Shown here piece by piece: positions 8,619-18,047 of a stretch of 64,000 bases of DNA (within the stretch, counting starts at the first letter, position 1; each line of letters starts with the position of its first letter). Source of the stretch: a virus. Lineage: Duplodnaviria > Caudoviricetes. Below the pieces are notes generated by a model. It was given only the letters and a program-made list of their open reading frames with translations, was not told where the DNA came from and did no database searches. The position numbers and the translations under genes were made by a program. Where the stretch lies: positions 1-64,000 of IMG/VR virus record IMGVR_UViG_2974547928_000001; one strand, written 5' to 3'.

Positions 8619-9104
8619 ATGTCTAACCCAAAATTTAACCGTTATATTTCTACCGCTGTATCTATGGGCTACTTGTCACAAGCTGGCGCGGATATCATTC
8701 TAGCATTACCAGTCGCACAAGATGCGCCAAGCATTGATTGTGCTTTCAAATTTGCTGATATTGTGGCAAGTATTGAAAGCGGTGATCTGGTTGTAGATGC
8801 TCGTGCCCTGTTTGATAGTGTTCCTCGCGATATCGTTGAACGAGCTTATAAAGCATTAGGGGAAATGGCAAGCGATAACTTATTAAAGCCATTTGATGAA
8901 ATGCTCGTAGTCGCCGAACTAAAAGAAAGCGATAGCCCCGCCCCTGTATTTGCACTACAATTTATTGATGCGGTGTTTACGGGTATCGGTCACTGGAATA
9001 TGTATTGCAAACACTTTCTAGAGGGCTTAGAGCTGTCTGATAACGGTGTAATGCCACTGTATGAAGAATCGGGCGCTGGCGAAGAGCCTATTTCTTTCCA
9101 TTAA
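8619..9104 (+). CDS. Hypothetical protein, paralog of 7985..8533
   Basis: Own TTGACA-17-TATATT promoter; shared motifs. Confidence 0.8.
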   Translation: MSNPKFNRYISTAVSMGYLSQAGADIILALPVAQDAPSIDCAFKFADIVASIESGDLVVDARALFDSVPRDIVERAYKALGEMASDNLLKPFDEMLVVAELKESDSPAPVFALQFIDAVFTGIGHWNMYCKHFLEGLELSDNGVMPLYEESGAGEEPISFH

Positions 9105-9153
9105 TAACACAATCGGCGGTAGCTTTCAAGGGCTACCGCTTTAGAGGTATCTA

Positions 9154-9513
9154 ATGAAACGTTTTTTATTTCCATTGGCGCTATGTCTATTTTCTGCTAG
9201 TGCAATGAGTGACACCAAGCCATTAAATTTAACAGTGTGTAAAGCGACTACTAGCGACAGCACGCAACTAGCCAATGTATACGGCATCAATGGCGCTTTC
9301 GTTGTTGAAACATCTTTTAAAGGTGTGTATCATAAAGATGTGTTTATAGGTGAACAATCGCCTTATGTCTTTGTTGGCAAAAACTCTATGATAGTCGCCG
9401 ACACTAAACGAGTGGACGGCTACGTTAATTTCGAGGGCGCGGAGCTTACTATCATTTCTAAAAATGGTAACACAACCCTACACCTTAAAGACTGCGCGGA
9501 GACTGTATTATGA
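9154..9513 (+). CDS. Secreted/periplasmic protein
   Basis: Sec signal MKRFLFPLALCLFSASAMS; two Cys in the mature part. Confidence 0.75.
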   Translation: MKRFLFPLALCLFSASAMSDTKPLNLTVCKATTSDSTQLANVYGINGAFVVETSFKGVYHKDVFIGEQSPYVFVGKNSMIVADTKRVDGYVNFEGAELTIISKNGNTTLHLKDCAETVL

Positions 9514-9875
9514 GACACTACCAATCATTCCAATTAGCAGTAGTTAATAACGTTGCGGAAATTTCCGCTAGTGCAGACGTTTTTGTTAACAATCCAGCTA
9601 GAGCAGTAACCATGATAGATGGGCTTCTAGACTGCGCTGAGGTAAAACCTAATCATGCACCGCTACGCATGTTAACAGCTATCAGCACCGCCCTAGAAGC
9701 TAACGAGGGCTTAGTAGAAAGTTTTGTGTATACGGTCGATTGCACTGATTATTTATACAGTGTTAAAGTGCTACCATGTGAAGCCCCATTTAATACCATC
9801 ACCATTATTATTAATGTGATGGTACACAAGCCGACTATTAAAAGCGGTGTAGTGCAAGGGGCATATTGTGCATAA
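9510..9875 (+). CDS. Hypothetical protein
   Basis: ATGA overlap with the upstream gene. Confidence 0.7.
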   Translation: MRHYQSFQLAVVNNVAEISASADVFVNNPARAVTMIDGLLDCAEVKPNHAPLRMLTAISTALEANEGLVESFVYTVDCTDYLYSVKVLPCEAPFNTITIIINVMVHKPTIKSGVVQGAYCA

Positions 9876-9944
9876 TATCCCTGATTGGGCTATCTGGGGC
9901 GTGTTTAACGCCATTGGCGTTATTGTTCTGTATGGGGTGTATTA

Positions 9945-10334
9945 ATGATTACTATCGCAAGTTTAACTATCGTATATAATGACGATACAGATCAATTCTG
10001 TATGATTAAGCGCCACAAAGACGGGGAGATAGGCTTTCCCTGTGGTAAGGTCGAGGAGTGGGAAACCATTCAAGATGGGGCTATACGCGAGCTAGAGGAA
10101 GAAACAGGAATCACCTTGCGTGATCTTCACGGCGCACCACAAGAAATAGGTCGCGCTATGATGGACGATTGTCTAGTGTTCGTCTTTGGTGTCAATACGC
10201 GGGGCAATATTAAGCTAATAGAGCGTGAAGAAGGCGTGCCATTCTGGGCTACTCCTGAAGAAATCAGGGATACGCAAGGGCGCTTTGCAGACTTCAACCG
10301 AAAGGCACTAAAAATATTTTACGATAATATGTAA
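9945..10334 (+). CDS. NUDIX hydrolase
   Basis: Nudix box GKVEEWETIQDGAIRELEEETGI. Confidence 0.9.
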   Translation: MITIASLTIVYNDDTDQFCMIKRHKDGEIGFPCGKVEEWETIQDGAIRELEEETGITLRDLHGAPQEIGRAMMDDCLVFVFGVNTRGNIKLIEREEGVPFWATPEEIRDTQGRFADFNRKALKIFYDNM

Positions 10335-10407
10335 ATGGCGCTTGCATTATGTGCTAAGTAGTGTTATCTTATAAGTATTAGGTAACACTACTAACGAGGT
10401 TTACAAT

Positions 10408-10782
10408 ATGGCTATGAGTTTACAAGTGGTTAGGGCTATCCTAGCCGATAAGTTGTCTTTAGAACAAGTGCGAGCGCTTCACGTACTCCCACAATTAGAC
10501 TTACTACGCCGTTTTATAGGCTACCATGTAAGACAGGGCAATATTTCTTTTGATGATGCTCAACGTTATCTAGGGGATAACTACCGATTGATGCTATGGG
10601 AAGTGCGTCAACTAATAGACCGTAGGGGCATTAATGCTTACATGCGTACAGGTACGCGCTCACGTCTGCTAGTGCCCTGTAAACCAGACAGCGTTATTAA
10701 CGCACTATATGCTAAGAGCATTAACGCTATGCGTGAGAAGCGCATCACTGATATAAACATCATGTTAAGTAAATGTTACTAG
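10408..10782 (+). CDS. Basic hypothetical protein
   Basis: GAGG RBS, upstream promoter-like sequence. Confidence 0.7.
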   Translation: MAMSLQVVRAILADKLSLEQVRALHVLPQLDLLRRFIGYHVRQGNISFDDAQRYLGDNYRLMLWEVRQLIDRRGINAYMRTGTRSRLLVPCKPDSVINALYAKSINAMREKRITDINIMLSKCY

Positions 10783-10793
10783 GAGCTAGAAGA

Positions 10794-11033
10794 ATGACGC
10801 GCGAAGATAGAAAAGCGCAACTATTGCGCAATGTGGACGTATTAGAGACTGTCTTAGACCGCACTGTTAACCACCCGTCACGCAATGCAGTTGATCAAAC
10901 GGCTAAGGTGCTTTGCTGTCAATATCTCATGCTAGAGATACTTGATCAGGTTAGTGAATTTCCAGAGCTTAAAGACTCAATTATGCAGGCGGTCGATATT
11001 ACCCGCAAAATGCTATACCCTAACGAATATTGA
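10794..11033 (+). CDS. Hypothetical protein (last pre-early gene)
   Basis: ATG at 10794 after AGGAG. Confidence 0.7.
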   Translation: MTREDRKAQLLRNVDVLETVLDRTVNHPSRNAVDQTAKVLCCQYLMLEILDQVSEFPELKDSIMQAVDITRKMLYPNEY

Positions 11034-11035
11034 TA

Positions 11036-11072
11036 GTAACGCCCTGTGATCATAACGGGGCGTTACTTTTTA
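11036..11072 (+). terminator. Rho-independent terminator ending the pre-early block
   Basis: GTAACGCCC...GGGCGTTAC stem followed by T run. Confidence 0.75.
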
Positions 11073-12950
11073 TTTGCCCCCGCTATTTTAACCCCTATTA
11101 AAGTATTACTCCTACCTGTAAAACCTCTCACAATGCCGTACACGCGCAAATATCCCTATACCAGAATTTAACCCTATACAGTGACCCTGTAATTATATAC
11201 AGTAGTTATAACCTGTGGGTAACTTGTTGATAACTCAAACTGAATCGTTTCAGCGTTATATAGCTAATTATATAACTGTGGATAAGTCTAATTGATAGTG
11301 TTTCTCACTACCAAGCGCGAATTAGACGCATTCAGCTAGAGTAATGATAACCGTTCGTAGGTAGCACAAAATTTGACAAATGAGAATGATTCTCAGTAAC
11401 ACTTCTTCCCTGCGCCTATGTGCGTAATCGACTTCGCTTTTTCAAAAATATTACGTGTGGACTTTTTATTCTGGGAAATCCAAAACGTGTTTTTATTTTT
11501 GCGAGAAAATTTTTCTTCCTCACCCGAAATTCGCGAAACTTGCTTCAAAGCAAATCTCGCGACAACAGGGGGAAGATTCTCAAAGCCACCAGCTGAGCTG
11601 TCTGGCTGGTGGAGAACTGACTAAGAGTGTTAATGTCAGGAATCTTTATAATCAAAATTAGTTTCGGGAATATGATTGCCTAGGTTAAATTTTATGTTGT
11701 AGAATTTATGCGTGGCTGTATTATAGGAGGGTTAAACTAGTAATTGTTAGCTAGAACTGTTTAGCTGAGGATTCGCGAAGCGGAATGGTGGTAATTAATG
11801 CTAGAGAGGCTTAGGAAGGCAGAGAATAGATTGCTGGTGGGCTTTTAGCTAAGGGTGTGTAGGAGCGAGGCTAGAGATAGCTTTGCAGGGGATTTGCAGG
11901 GATTTGCAGATATTTACGTGGGCAGGAAATTATTTGTGGGCATTATGGGGATTCTGGGAGAATTTTACAGACTTTTGCAGGCTTTAGCATTTTTAGTAGT
12001 GGGTATGTTTGTTGGGACAACAGTTGACTGATATTTGGGGTAGGGGTGGGGTTGTTTTGTAGGAACTCGCTCTTAGAGCGAAACCCCCCTGATCTATAAC
12101 CGCCCTGTGCCTAAAAAATTATTTGCAAAACACTAGGGGAAGGCTTGACAAAAATTTACGGGGGTGGCAGCCCGTCTCAAACGTGCCACCGGCAAAATGG
12201 AGACAACTTTCTTATGTCGTAATGACTATAATTATAAAATCATATAGCTACTGATGTGGGCATTTAGTTTATAGCTAGAAGCAATTTACTGCGTGTAGTA
12301 TTTATGAGATTGGTGTCTCATTTTTTAGATTGGTGTCTCATTTTGATGTCTTACACTGGGATTGTCACAAATGTGCTTTAAGCAAGACTGTGACGAATGG
12401 TGAGAATAATAGAATGGCTGGGAATAATAGAATGGTGGTAATTAAGAGTAATGGGAATGAATGGGAGTAATGCCTACTAATATTACTAGAAGGCATTAAG
12501 GGTGGGAATAGAGAGAAAAGTATCTTTTTTATTTACTATTCTAGAAGCTAACTGATATATTTAATTATCTCTAGAAATGGATTGGGAAGTTGTCTAGCGG
12601 AAAATGGGGGAGCAGTTCTGGCGAATAAAACTATGTTACCAAGTCTTTTCATTAATAAATCTTACTATTAAATAACCATCCTACCTCGTTCTTTTTCAGT
12701 AAGACTTTCCCTACGTACTTTTTCAGTAGTTACAACTTCCCCCACCATGTGTTATTGTTTGTTATACTAACTTAAAATACTTAAAACAACTTATAACTTA
12801 TACACACTGTAGTCGGTGGTGTAAAATACGCCCTGTGTGAAGCACCATTCGTCTCCTCCTCCTTAGACCCCCGTCGACGCCTGGTGTTCGTACAGCGTAC
12901 TTACACCCCCTCCAATTAAACTACATTCTTTTATAATATTCCAAATCATG
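11073..12950. other. Non-coding injection-stop-signal (iss)-like region / probable end of terminal repeat
   Basis: ~1.9 kb without credible ORFs between pre-early and early genes; DnaA boxes, direct repeats (TTTGCAG, AGATTGGTGTCTCATTTT x2, GAATAATAGAATGG x2), G-rich strand skew. Confidence 0.75.
11187..11395. promoter_or_regulatory. Cluster of host regulator sites (LexA, DnaA x3, Cra, Fur-like x2-3)
   Basis: CTGTAATTATATACAG; TGTGGGTAA, TGTTGATAA, TGTGGATAA; CTGAATCGTTTCAG; TGAGAATGATTCTCA. Confidence 0.65.
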
Positions 12951-13011
12951 GTTTAATTATAACATACTCTGAAATATTTGTCAACGAGATTTTATTTTCT
13001 AGGGTATGTAA

Positions 13012-13995
13012 TTATTCAATGTTTAAGTACTCGTCCATGATGAGTGACAGTGAATGCGAAGGAAAACTACGAGAGTTAGTACATTCTCTAGTTTCTATTT
13101 TTGGTACGTCTAGGTATACCTTTTTGCATGTGGCTTTGAATACTGGACACTGTACAGACTGTGCATCAAGGTCATTTTCTGTGGCTTGGTCTGTTGCTAT
13201 TCTGAACGCCCATTGCGAAATTGCTTCGGCAATGTGGTAAGTAGTTACTACACTTTCAAAGCCTATAGACCCCTCTAGCGGTACTTCTGAGTATTTCTTA
13301 TTAATAGGTAGAATGGAGTCTATTGGTATATTAAACTCTACTCCACTATTAGGTTTAGCTACCAGATGATCGTCTACCTTATCCGCTAGAGCGTATATAG
13401 CTGCCCATACTGCTTTTGGACATGAGGTGTCTGATGTTGCTACTGGTAACTTCTTAGCTTTAAGAATTACTTGCTTATATACTTCTGCATAGTTATCATT
13501 AGGATAGTCAACCGACGAGTATGGTGGATTAGGTTGGTCTGGCTCCCTAACAGATACCATAAACTCATTTTTGTAGTAGTATATACGATACTGCCTTTTA
13601 TAGGTATGATACTCTAGTGGAACAAATCCTTTATCTAGGTTTATGATAGAGCAAATGAATGGTGCTTCACTTTTAGGGAAGATTGTTTGCTCTAGCTTAC
13701 ATTCAATATCTTCTATAATGTTAATCTTATAGGTTTTAGCAGTTGTACCTACTGAGTCTGTTACCTTTAAGAATGCTAGTGTGTGGGCAGCTATCTGGTG
13801 TACAGATCTCTTAATTTTTCCATCCTTATCAATGGTGCGCTTAGTGAATATAAGTACTAGGGCTTTCTGCCTATCATTCATTTCTGATACTTTCATACCA
13901 TCCAGCATTTGGAACTCGTTCCAGGCTTTTTGGAATAGATGCTCATTGCCTACTACTTTTTCTCTCTGTAAAAACGATGTTATTGGTACTCTCAT
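13012..13995 (-). CDS. Early hypothetical protein
   Basis: 327-aa ORF, AGGAG RBS. Confidence 0.8.
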   Translation of the reverse strand: MRVPITSFLQREKVVGNEHLFQKAWNEFQMLDGMKVSEMNDRQKALVLIFTKRTIDKDGKIKRSVHQIAAHTLAFLKVTDSVGTTAKTYKINIIEDIECKLEQTIFPKSEAPFICSIINLDKGFVPLEYHTYKRQYRIYYYKNEFMVSVREPDQPNPPYSSVDYPNDNYAEVYKQVILKAKKLPVATSDTSCPKAVWAAIYALADKVDDHLVAKPNSGVEFNIPIDSILPINKKYSEVPLEGSIGFESVVTTYHIAEAISQWAFRIATDQATENDLDAQSVQCPVFKATCKKVYLDVPKIETRECTNSRSFPSHSLSLIMDEYLNIE

Positions 13996-14302
13996 TTTAT
14001 TAATTCTCCTATACGATTTATAAATCTTGCTAGCTTCATCTCGTTTGTAAATGAGTATACAAACCCTGCTAGGTCTAGCACATTATATGCCTCTATATAT
14101 GCAATTTTATCCTTCTGTACGCTGTACATAGGGTGTATTTTAGGTACTATATCCTTCTCTGGCTCTGGGTCTACTATATACGATTCGGTGGAAATTAGCT
14201 CCGCTAAATCCACCTCAATGTATAAATCTTTCCAGAATCGTAGATATTAGCTTTTATTCCTTTGAGGAGTACTTCTACCTCTAGTTTTGTAACCTTTATC
14301 AT
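13992..14302 (-). pseudogene. Frameshifted third member of a tandem paralog family
   Basis: ATG at 14302 gives MIKVTKLEVEVLLKGIKANIYDSGK; the -1 frame continues DLYIEVDLAELI; fusion aligns with 14299..14613 and 14759..15088. Confidence 0.6.
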
Positions 14303-14613
14303 TCTACTATATCTCTTAATATTGAAAGAAAATTTGCTAATTCCTTGTCCTTTGTGTAAATACACACAGCGTCTATAACGCTCTGTAACTCATATGCTTC
14401 GTGGTACTCTATGAACTTATCCCCTCCAAAGTAGCGAGTAGTATAGATGCCTACAACGTCTGGGTATACAGATAATATCGTTATTTTATCCTCTGGATTA
14501 ATAATATCTGTAAATGGTACTCTAATGTATAAAGTTCCATCTTTTGCTCTATATAAGGATGCCTTCGCTCCTTTAATATCTAGATTAGTGTCTAGCTTTG
14601 TTACCTCTAACAT
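14299..14613 (-). CDS. Hypothetical protein, paralog family
   Basis: ATG at 14613 after AGGAGG. Confidence 0.75.
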   Translation of the reverse strand: MLEVTKLDTNLDIKGAKASLYRAKDGTLYIRVPFTDIINPEDKITILSVYPDVVGIYTTRYFGGDKFIEYHEAYELQSVIDAVCIYTKDKELANFLSILRDIVE

Positions 14614-14758
14614 TAAGTGAACCTCCTGTATTATGCTCAACTTCAATATATTTACTGAGAACTTCCCCCAACTGTGCTCTCAGCTGTTGAGTATCTTTAT
14701 AAACCCTTGCTGTCTGTGTAAGTTCGTTTAACAGCCGACTATAAATATGTGGTTTCAA

Positions 14759-15088
14759 TCACTTGTCCTTAATAATCTCTTCTAGGAAGTTAGCTACTTC
14801 AATTTGGGTTTTAGAACCTACCTTACGTAAAGTGTCGCAAACTTCTGTAAGATTAAACCCATGAATAAGGAAGTGTTTCTTCTTACTATATGCTCTAGTT
14901 ATATCACGATGCTCTATATCAACCACATGTAGCGTCTTTGTATTATCGAATAAGTTTATACCTAATTCATCTAGGATATCTTGCTTTAGGGAAATATATA
15001 GATCACCCTTGGCACAAACATAAAGTGGTGTTGGTTTTCCAAATACGTAAACTTCTGGATTTACTACTTTAGCTACTTTAATAATCAT
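14759..15088 (-). CDS. Hypothetical protein, paralog family
   Basis: 109-aa ORF, AGGAG RBS. Confidence 0.75.
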   Translation of the reverse strand: MIIKVAKVVNPEVYVFGKPTPLYVCAKGDLYISLKQDILDELGINLFDNTKTLHVVDIEHRDITRAYSKKKHFLIHGFNLTEVCDTLRKVGSKTQIEVANFLEEIIKDK

Positions 15089-15474
15089 TTATTTACTCCT
15101 GTTCCGTTACATTCTGTGCACGTTGTGCTCTGTACTCTGCCACCTGCTAACCCATAAGTGCTGCCATATCCTTTACATCTAGGGCAGGCATTACTAATTG
15201 CTTTAAATGCTATAGGTAAAGTTAATGAGTACCTACTTTTGTCAATTCTAGCTACATTATCTTCACCTATAAAAATTCTAGGTAATTCACTATCCCTAAG
15301 ATCATTAATTGTATTTATAAAGCGTGGCTCTAGTTTAGCTACTATAATATCTACACTATTAACAATCGCAACTGAAAACGTTAATCCACCATCACGTGAC
15401 TTTAATGAGAACTTAAACTTTTCAGAGGTTTCCATAATCTCAAACAGTTCTTTATATTGCTCAAACTTAATCAT
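15085..15474 (-). CDS. Protein with C-terminal DnaJ-type zinc finger
   Basis: CPRCKGYG...CTECNGTG (two CxxCxGxG). Confidence 0.75.
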   Translation of the reverse strand: MIKFEQYKELFEIMETSEKFKFSLKSRDGGLTFSVAIVNSVDIIVAKLEPRFINTINDLRDSELPRIFIGEDNVARIDKSRYSLTLPIAFKAISNACPRCKGYGSTYGLAGGRVQSTTCTECNGTGVNK

Positions 15475-15769
15475 AATTATATACCCCAACCACTGAATTA
15501 AGTTTCTCTAAAGTTTCTTGTAATTCATGGTATAACTCTTCTCCTTCTGGAGTTAAGATAAAGTCTATGCCCCTAATTGTACCGTATCTATCCGCTAATA
15601 CTGCTTCTGTTTCTTGTTGCCCATTTAGGATTAAAAAGATTCCATCTTCATCTATTTCTACAGAAAGAGATCCTATATCTTTAAAATAAATCTTTTTGCT
15701 ATCCTTGTCCTCATATACTGCAATAAATGGCTCTGGGTACGCTCTTGGGAATAGTATTACTCTTTTCAT
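15467..15769 (-). CDS. Hypothetical protein
   Basis: Overlapping operon packing. Confidence 0.7.
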   Translation of the reverse strand: MKRVILFPRAYPEPFIAVYEDKDSKKIYFKDIGSLSVEIDEDGIFLILNGQQETEAVLADRYGTIRGIDFILTPEGEELYHELQETLEKLNSVVGVYNYD

Positions 15770-16281
15770 AATATATTTTCCTCTAATTCAGTTAAGAATT
15801 CATGGATAAAGTTACTTAGTGCTATAACTCTAGAGAATTGTTCATCTACAAATTCATCCGAATCACAGTTAACTACTTCCAGAACTACTAACTTATTAAC
15901 ACAATCTGTTATAGATATTAAAGCAGACTTACCTTCGAATTCTTGATAATTAATGCTAGAGGAGGTAGCTTCTTCATCGTTACCTAATGGAATAACTACA
16001 CCGTAGCTTTTAGTATGGTATGTTACTTTAGCTCTAGCAATGAAATCATCTAGCTTAGTTACTAATAACTTCATTTTATTGTAGAATAAAACTGAAGAGC
16101 GTTCTGGTGATACTTGATTAAGTAAATTGGAATGAAGTACAATTTGTCTGTTGCCATAAGATACTACAAACTTTGCATTAAATGATCCATCAACAGATTC
16201 AGCTAGGAAGCTGGAAGATGCTAAATCCGAGGTATCTTCTGAGTTTAAGAAAACTCGTTTAGTTGTGTGAAAGTCTTTCAT
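15766..16281 (-). CDS. Hypothetical protein
   Basis: 171 aa, AGGAG RBS. Confidence 0.75.
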   Translation of the reverse strand: MKDFHTTKRVFLNSEDTSDLASSSFLAESVDGSFNAKFVVSYGNRQIVLHSNLLNQVSPERSSVLFYNKMKLLVTKLDDFIARAKVTYHTKSYGVVIPLGNDEEATSSSINYQEFEGKSALISITDCVNKLVVLEVVNCDSDEFVDEQFSRVIALSNFIHEFLTELEENIL

Positions 16282-16328
16282 ATTACTCCTAAAATAAGCC
16301 CCGATATGGGGCTTTATCTAACTGGGGA

Positions 16329-16670
16329 TTACTGTTCTAAGTTAGGGCTTTTCAAGTACTGATTCACTGAAGTACATTGATATTCGAATAACTGCTCTGT
16401 GCTATTGGTTATAAGAAACTCATTACCTATCTTCTCTAGCACAGGTCTTTCTACTAGTCTATTGGTAGTAACACAGTTATCATTCAGTAGCGCTTCGCGA
16501 ATTGTATCACGATCTTGCATAGAACTTAGTTGATCTACAGCACAAATGTATCCTGCTATTAGCAGTACAAATACGACTATCCGTAGAAATCTACTTTTAA
16601 TAACAGCCTCTATCCAATCTATAGCAAACCAACACACAAAGAAAACTAGTATGATTAGTGCGACGTACAT
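16329..16670 (-). CDS. Membrane protein
   Basis: Two N-terminal hydrophobic helices. Confidence 0.7.
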   Translation of the reverse strand: MYVALIILVFFVCWFAIDWIEAVIKSRFLRIVVFVLLIAGYICAVDQLSSMQDRDTIREALLNDNCVTTNRLVERPVLEKIGNEFLITNSTEQLFEYQCTSVNQYLKSPNLEQ

Positions 16671-16840
16671 ATAGTGCCCCCTACTTTAGTAATATACTCT
16701 TCCAATTGGTTTAATTTACAACGTTTGCTAGGCATAACATTCAATGTAAGAGTTCCCTTTTCTAACCTTAATGTTTGTATTACTGCGATAGGGAAATGGT
16801 CTAATATCCCTAACTTATCTGATGGCAACTTAATTATCAT
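16655..16840 (-). CDS. Small hypothetical protein
   Basis: 61-aa ORF in operon. Confidence 0.55.
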   Translation of the reverse strand: MIIKLPSDKLGILDHFPIAVIQTLRLEKGTLTLNVMPSKRCKLNQLEEYITKVGGTICTSH

Positions 16841-16924
16841 TTGTTAGTAACCACGCTACAAAGTTGTCCTTATTAGCCCACATTTGTGTTAGTGAGTAAA
16901 CAACAACATATATTTCTACAATAT

Positions 16925-17263
16925 TCATTTATTTTCTCCAGTTCTTTGACCGATTGCAATGTTTGCATCAAATTCAGTACCATTCTTGATGCAGTATGTA
17001 ATGTATTCAAAGTCTACGCAGTTGAAGTCCACTTGCTCTGCTAATATGGCGAGCTTCTCAATTGTTTTAAGGGCTTTCAGCACTGATAGGGTATTCTCTT
17101 CCATGATAGCATCATACAGTCCAGCGGATACTATACTCATCTTGCCAACTAAGACTGTACCTGCTACACTAGACTTATCTAGACAAGACATGAACTCTTG
17201 AGAGCTTAAGTCCTTAAACACTGAGAAAGACTGCTTTATCATATATTTTAAATGTTCTTCCAT
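16925..17263 (-). CDS. Hypothetical protein
   Basis: 112-aa ORF in operon. Confidence 0.7.
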   Translation of the reverse strand: MEEHLKYMIKQSFSVFKDLSSQEFMSCLDKSSVAGTVLVGKMSIVSAGLYDAIMEENTLSVLKALKTIEKLAILAEQVDFNCVDFEYITYCIKNGTEFDANIAIGQRTGENK

Positions 17264-17264
17264 A

Positions 17265-17612
17265 TTAATTTACCCCTATAAGTAATTGTTCTAGTTCATT
17301 AATGTCTGAGTTAATACTAGTAAGCATCTTAGTAAGTGCTTGTAGATTAACGTTTCCGCTTCTCTTGCTTTTATGTTTATTCTTTGAGGTAAGCGCTCTA
17401 ACTTTATAGAGGTATACTAGTCTATTTACTAGGGCTTGCTTAACTGGACTACCTTTAATGATTAAAGAATCAACCAGTAGCATCGCATCAGATTTAATAC
17501 CCTCTAGTTCCTTAGCTGTTTTATTCCTTTCATTGTACCTCTCTTTCATGTTACTTCTGTAAAGCGCTTGTCGTGCTACTGCCTCTTCTAAAGCGTTTAA
17601 TAAAGCTCTCAC
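17265..17612 (-). CDS. Basic coiled-coil hypothetical protein
   Basis: GTG start, AAGGAG RBS, strong promoter at 17645-17673. Confidence 0.75.
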   Translation of the reverse strand: MRALLNALEEAVARQALYRSNMKERYNERNKTAKELEGIKSDAMLLVDSLIIKGSPVKQALVNRLVYLYKVRALTSKNKHKSKRSGNVNLQALTKMLTSINSDINELEQLLIGVN

Positions 17613-17729
17613 TTATTTACTCCTTTTATTCAATTTATAAATATATTATACTAAATAACACGTAAATTGTCAAATAGTATTTTAAACGAGAAAGCCCAGT
17701 GAAACAAAAAATCTCACTGGGCTGATACA

Positions 17730-17981
17730 TCACAGTAGTAGGGTCATTACCCCTAAAAGTATTGGGTGCACAATAGCTACTAATATAGCAATAGTTGCTA
17801 CCCACACACACGGCTGTACTAATGCTGAGTAGAATCCACGAGTTCTATACCTAAGAACGTGACTATATACTACCTTGGAAGTTACATCAGCAACTACCAT
17901 AAACCCTAGTCCTAAGATTAGCAAAAATACACAGCTAATAACTAAAAGCACGGCATTCATAAAACTCCTTATATTAAACAA
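17730..17981 (-). CDS. Membrane protein
   Basis: Two hydrophobic helices. Confidence 0.6.
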   Translation of the reverse strand: MFNIRSFMNAVLLVISCVFLLILGLGFMVVADVTSKVVYSHVLRYRTRGFYSALVQPCVWVATIAILVAIVHPILLGVMTLLL

Positions 17982-18047
17982 ATCAGGAATATTAATAATA
18001 CAAATAAAATAACAGCATGTATGTCATTTCTCATATTGTTAGTAGCC

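Noticed and set aside
422-9500. GCGCGG words as T5-type nick sites
   Set aside because: None matches GCGCGGTG and all lie in coding sequence
11418-11661. Two 68-aa ORFs in the iss-like region
   Set aside because: They overlap each other, have no RBS, and lie downstream of the pre-early terminator
11880-12440. Short direct repeats as a possible CRISPR array
   Set aside because: Only 2-4 copies, no regular spacers, no cas genes
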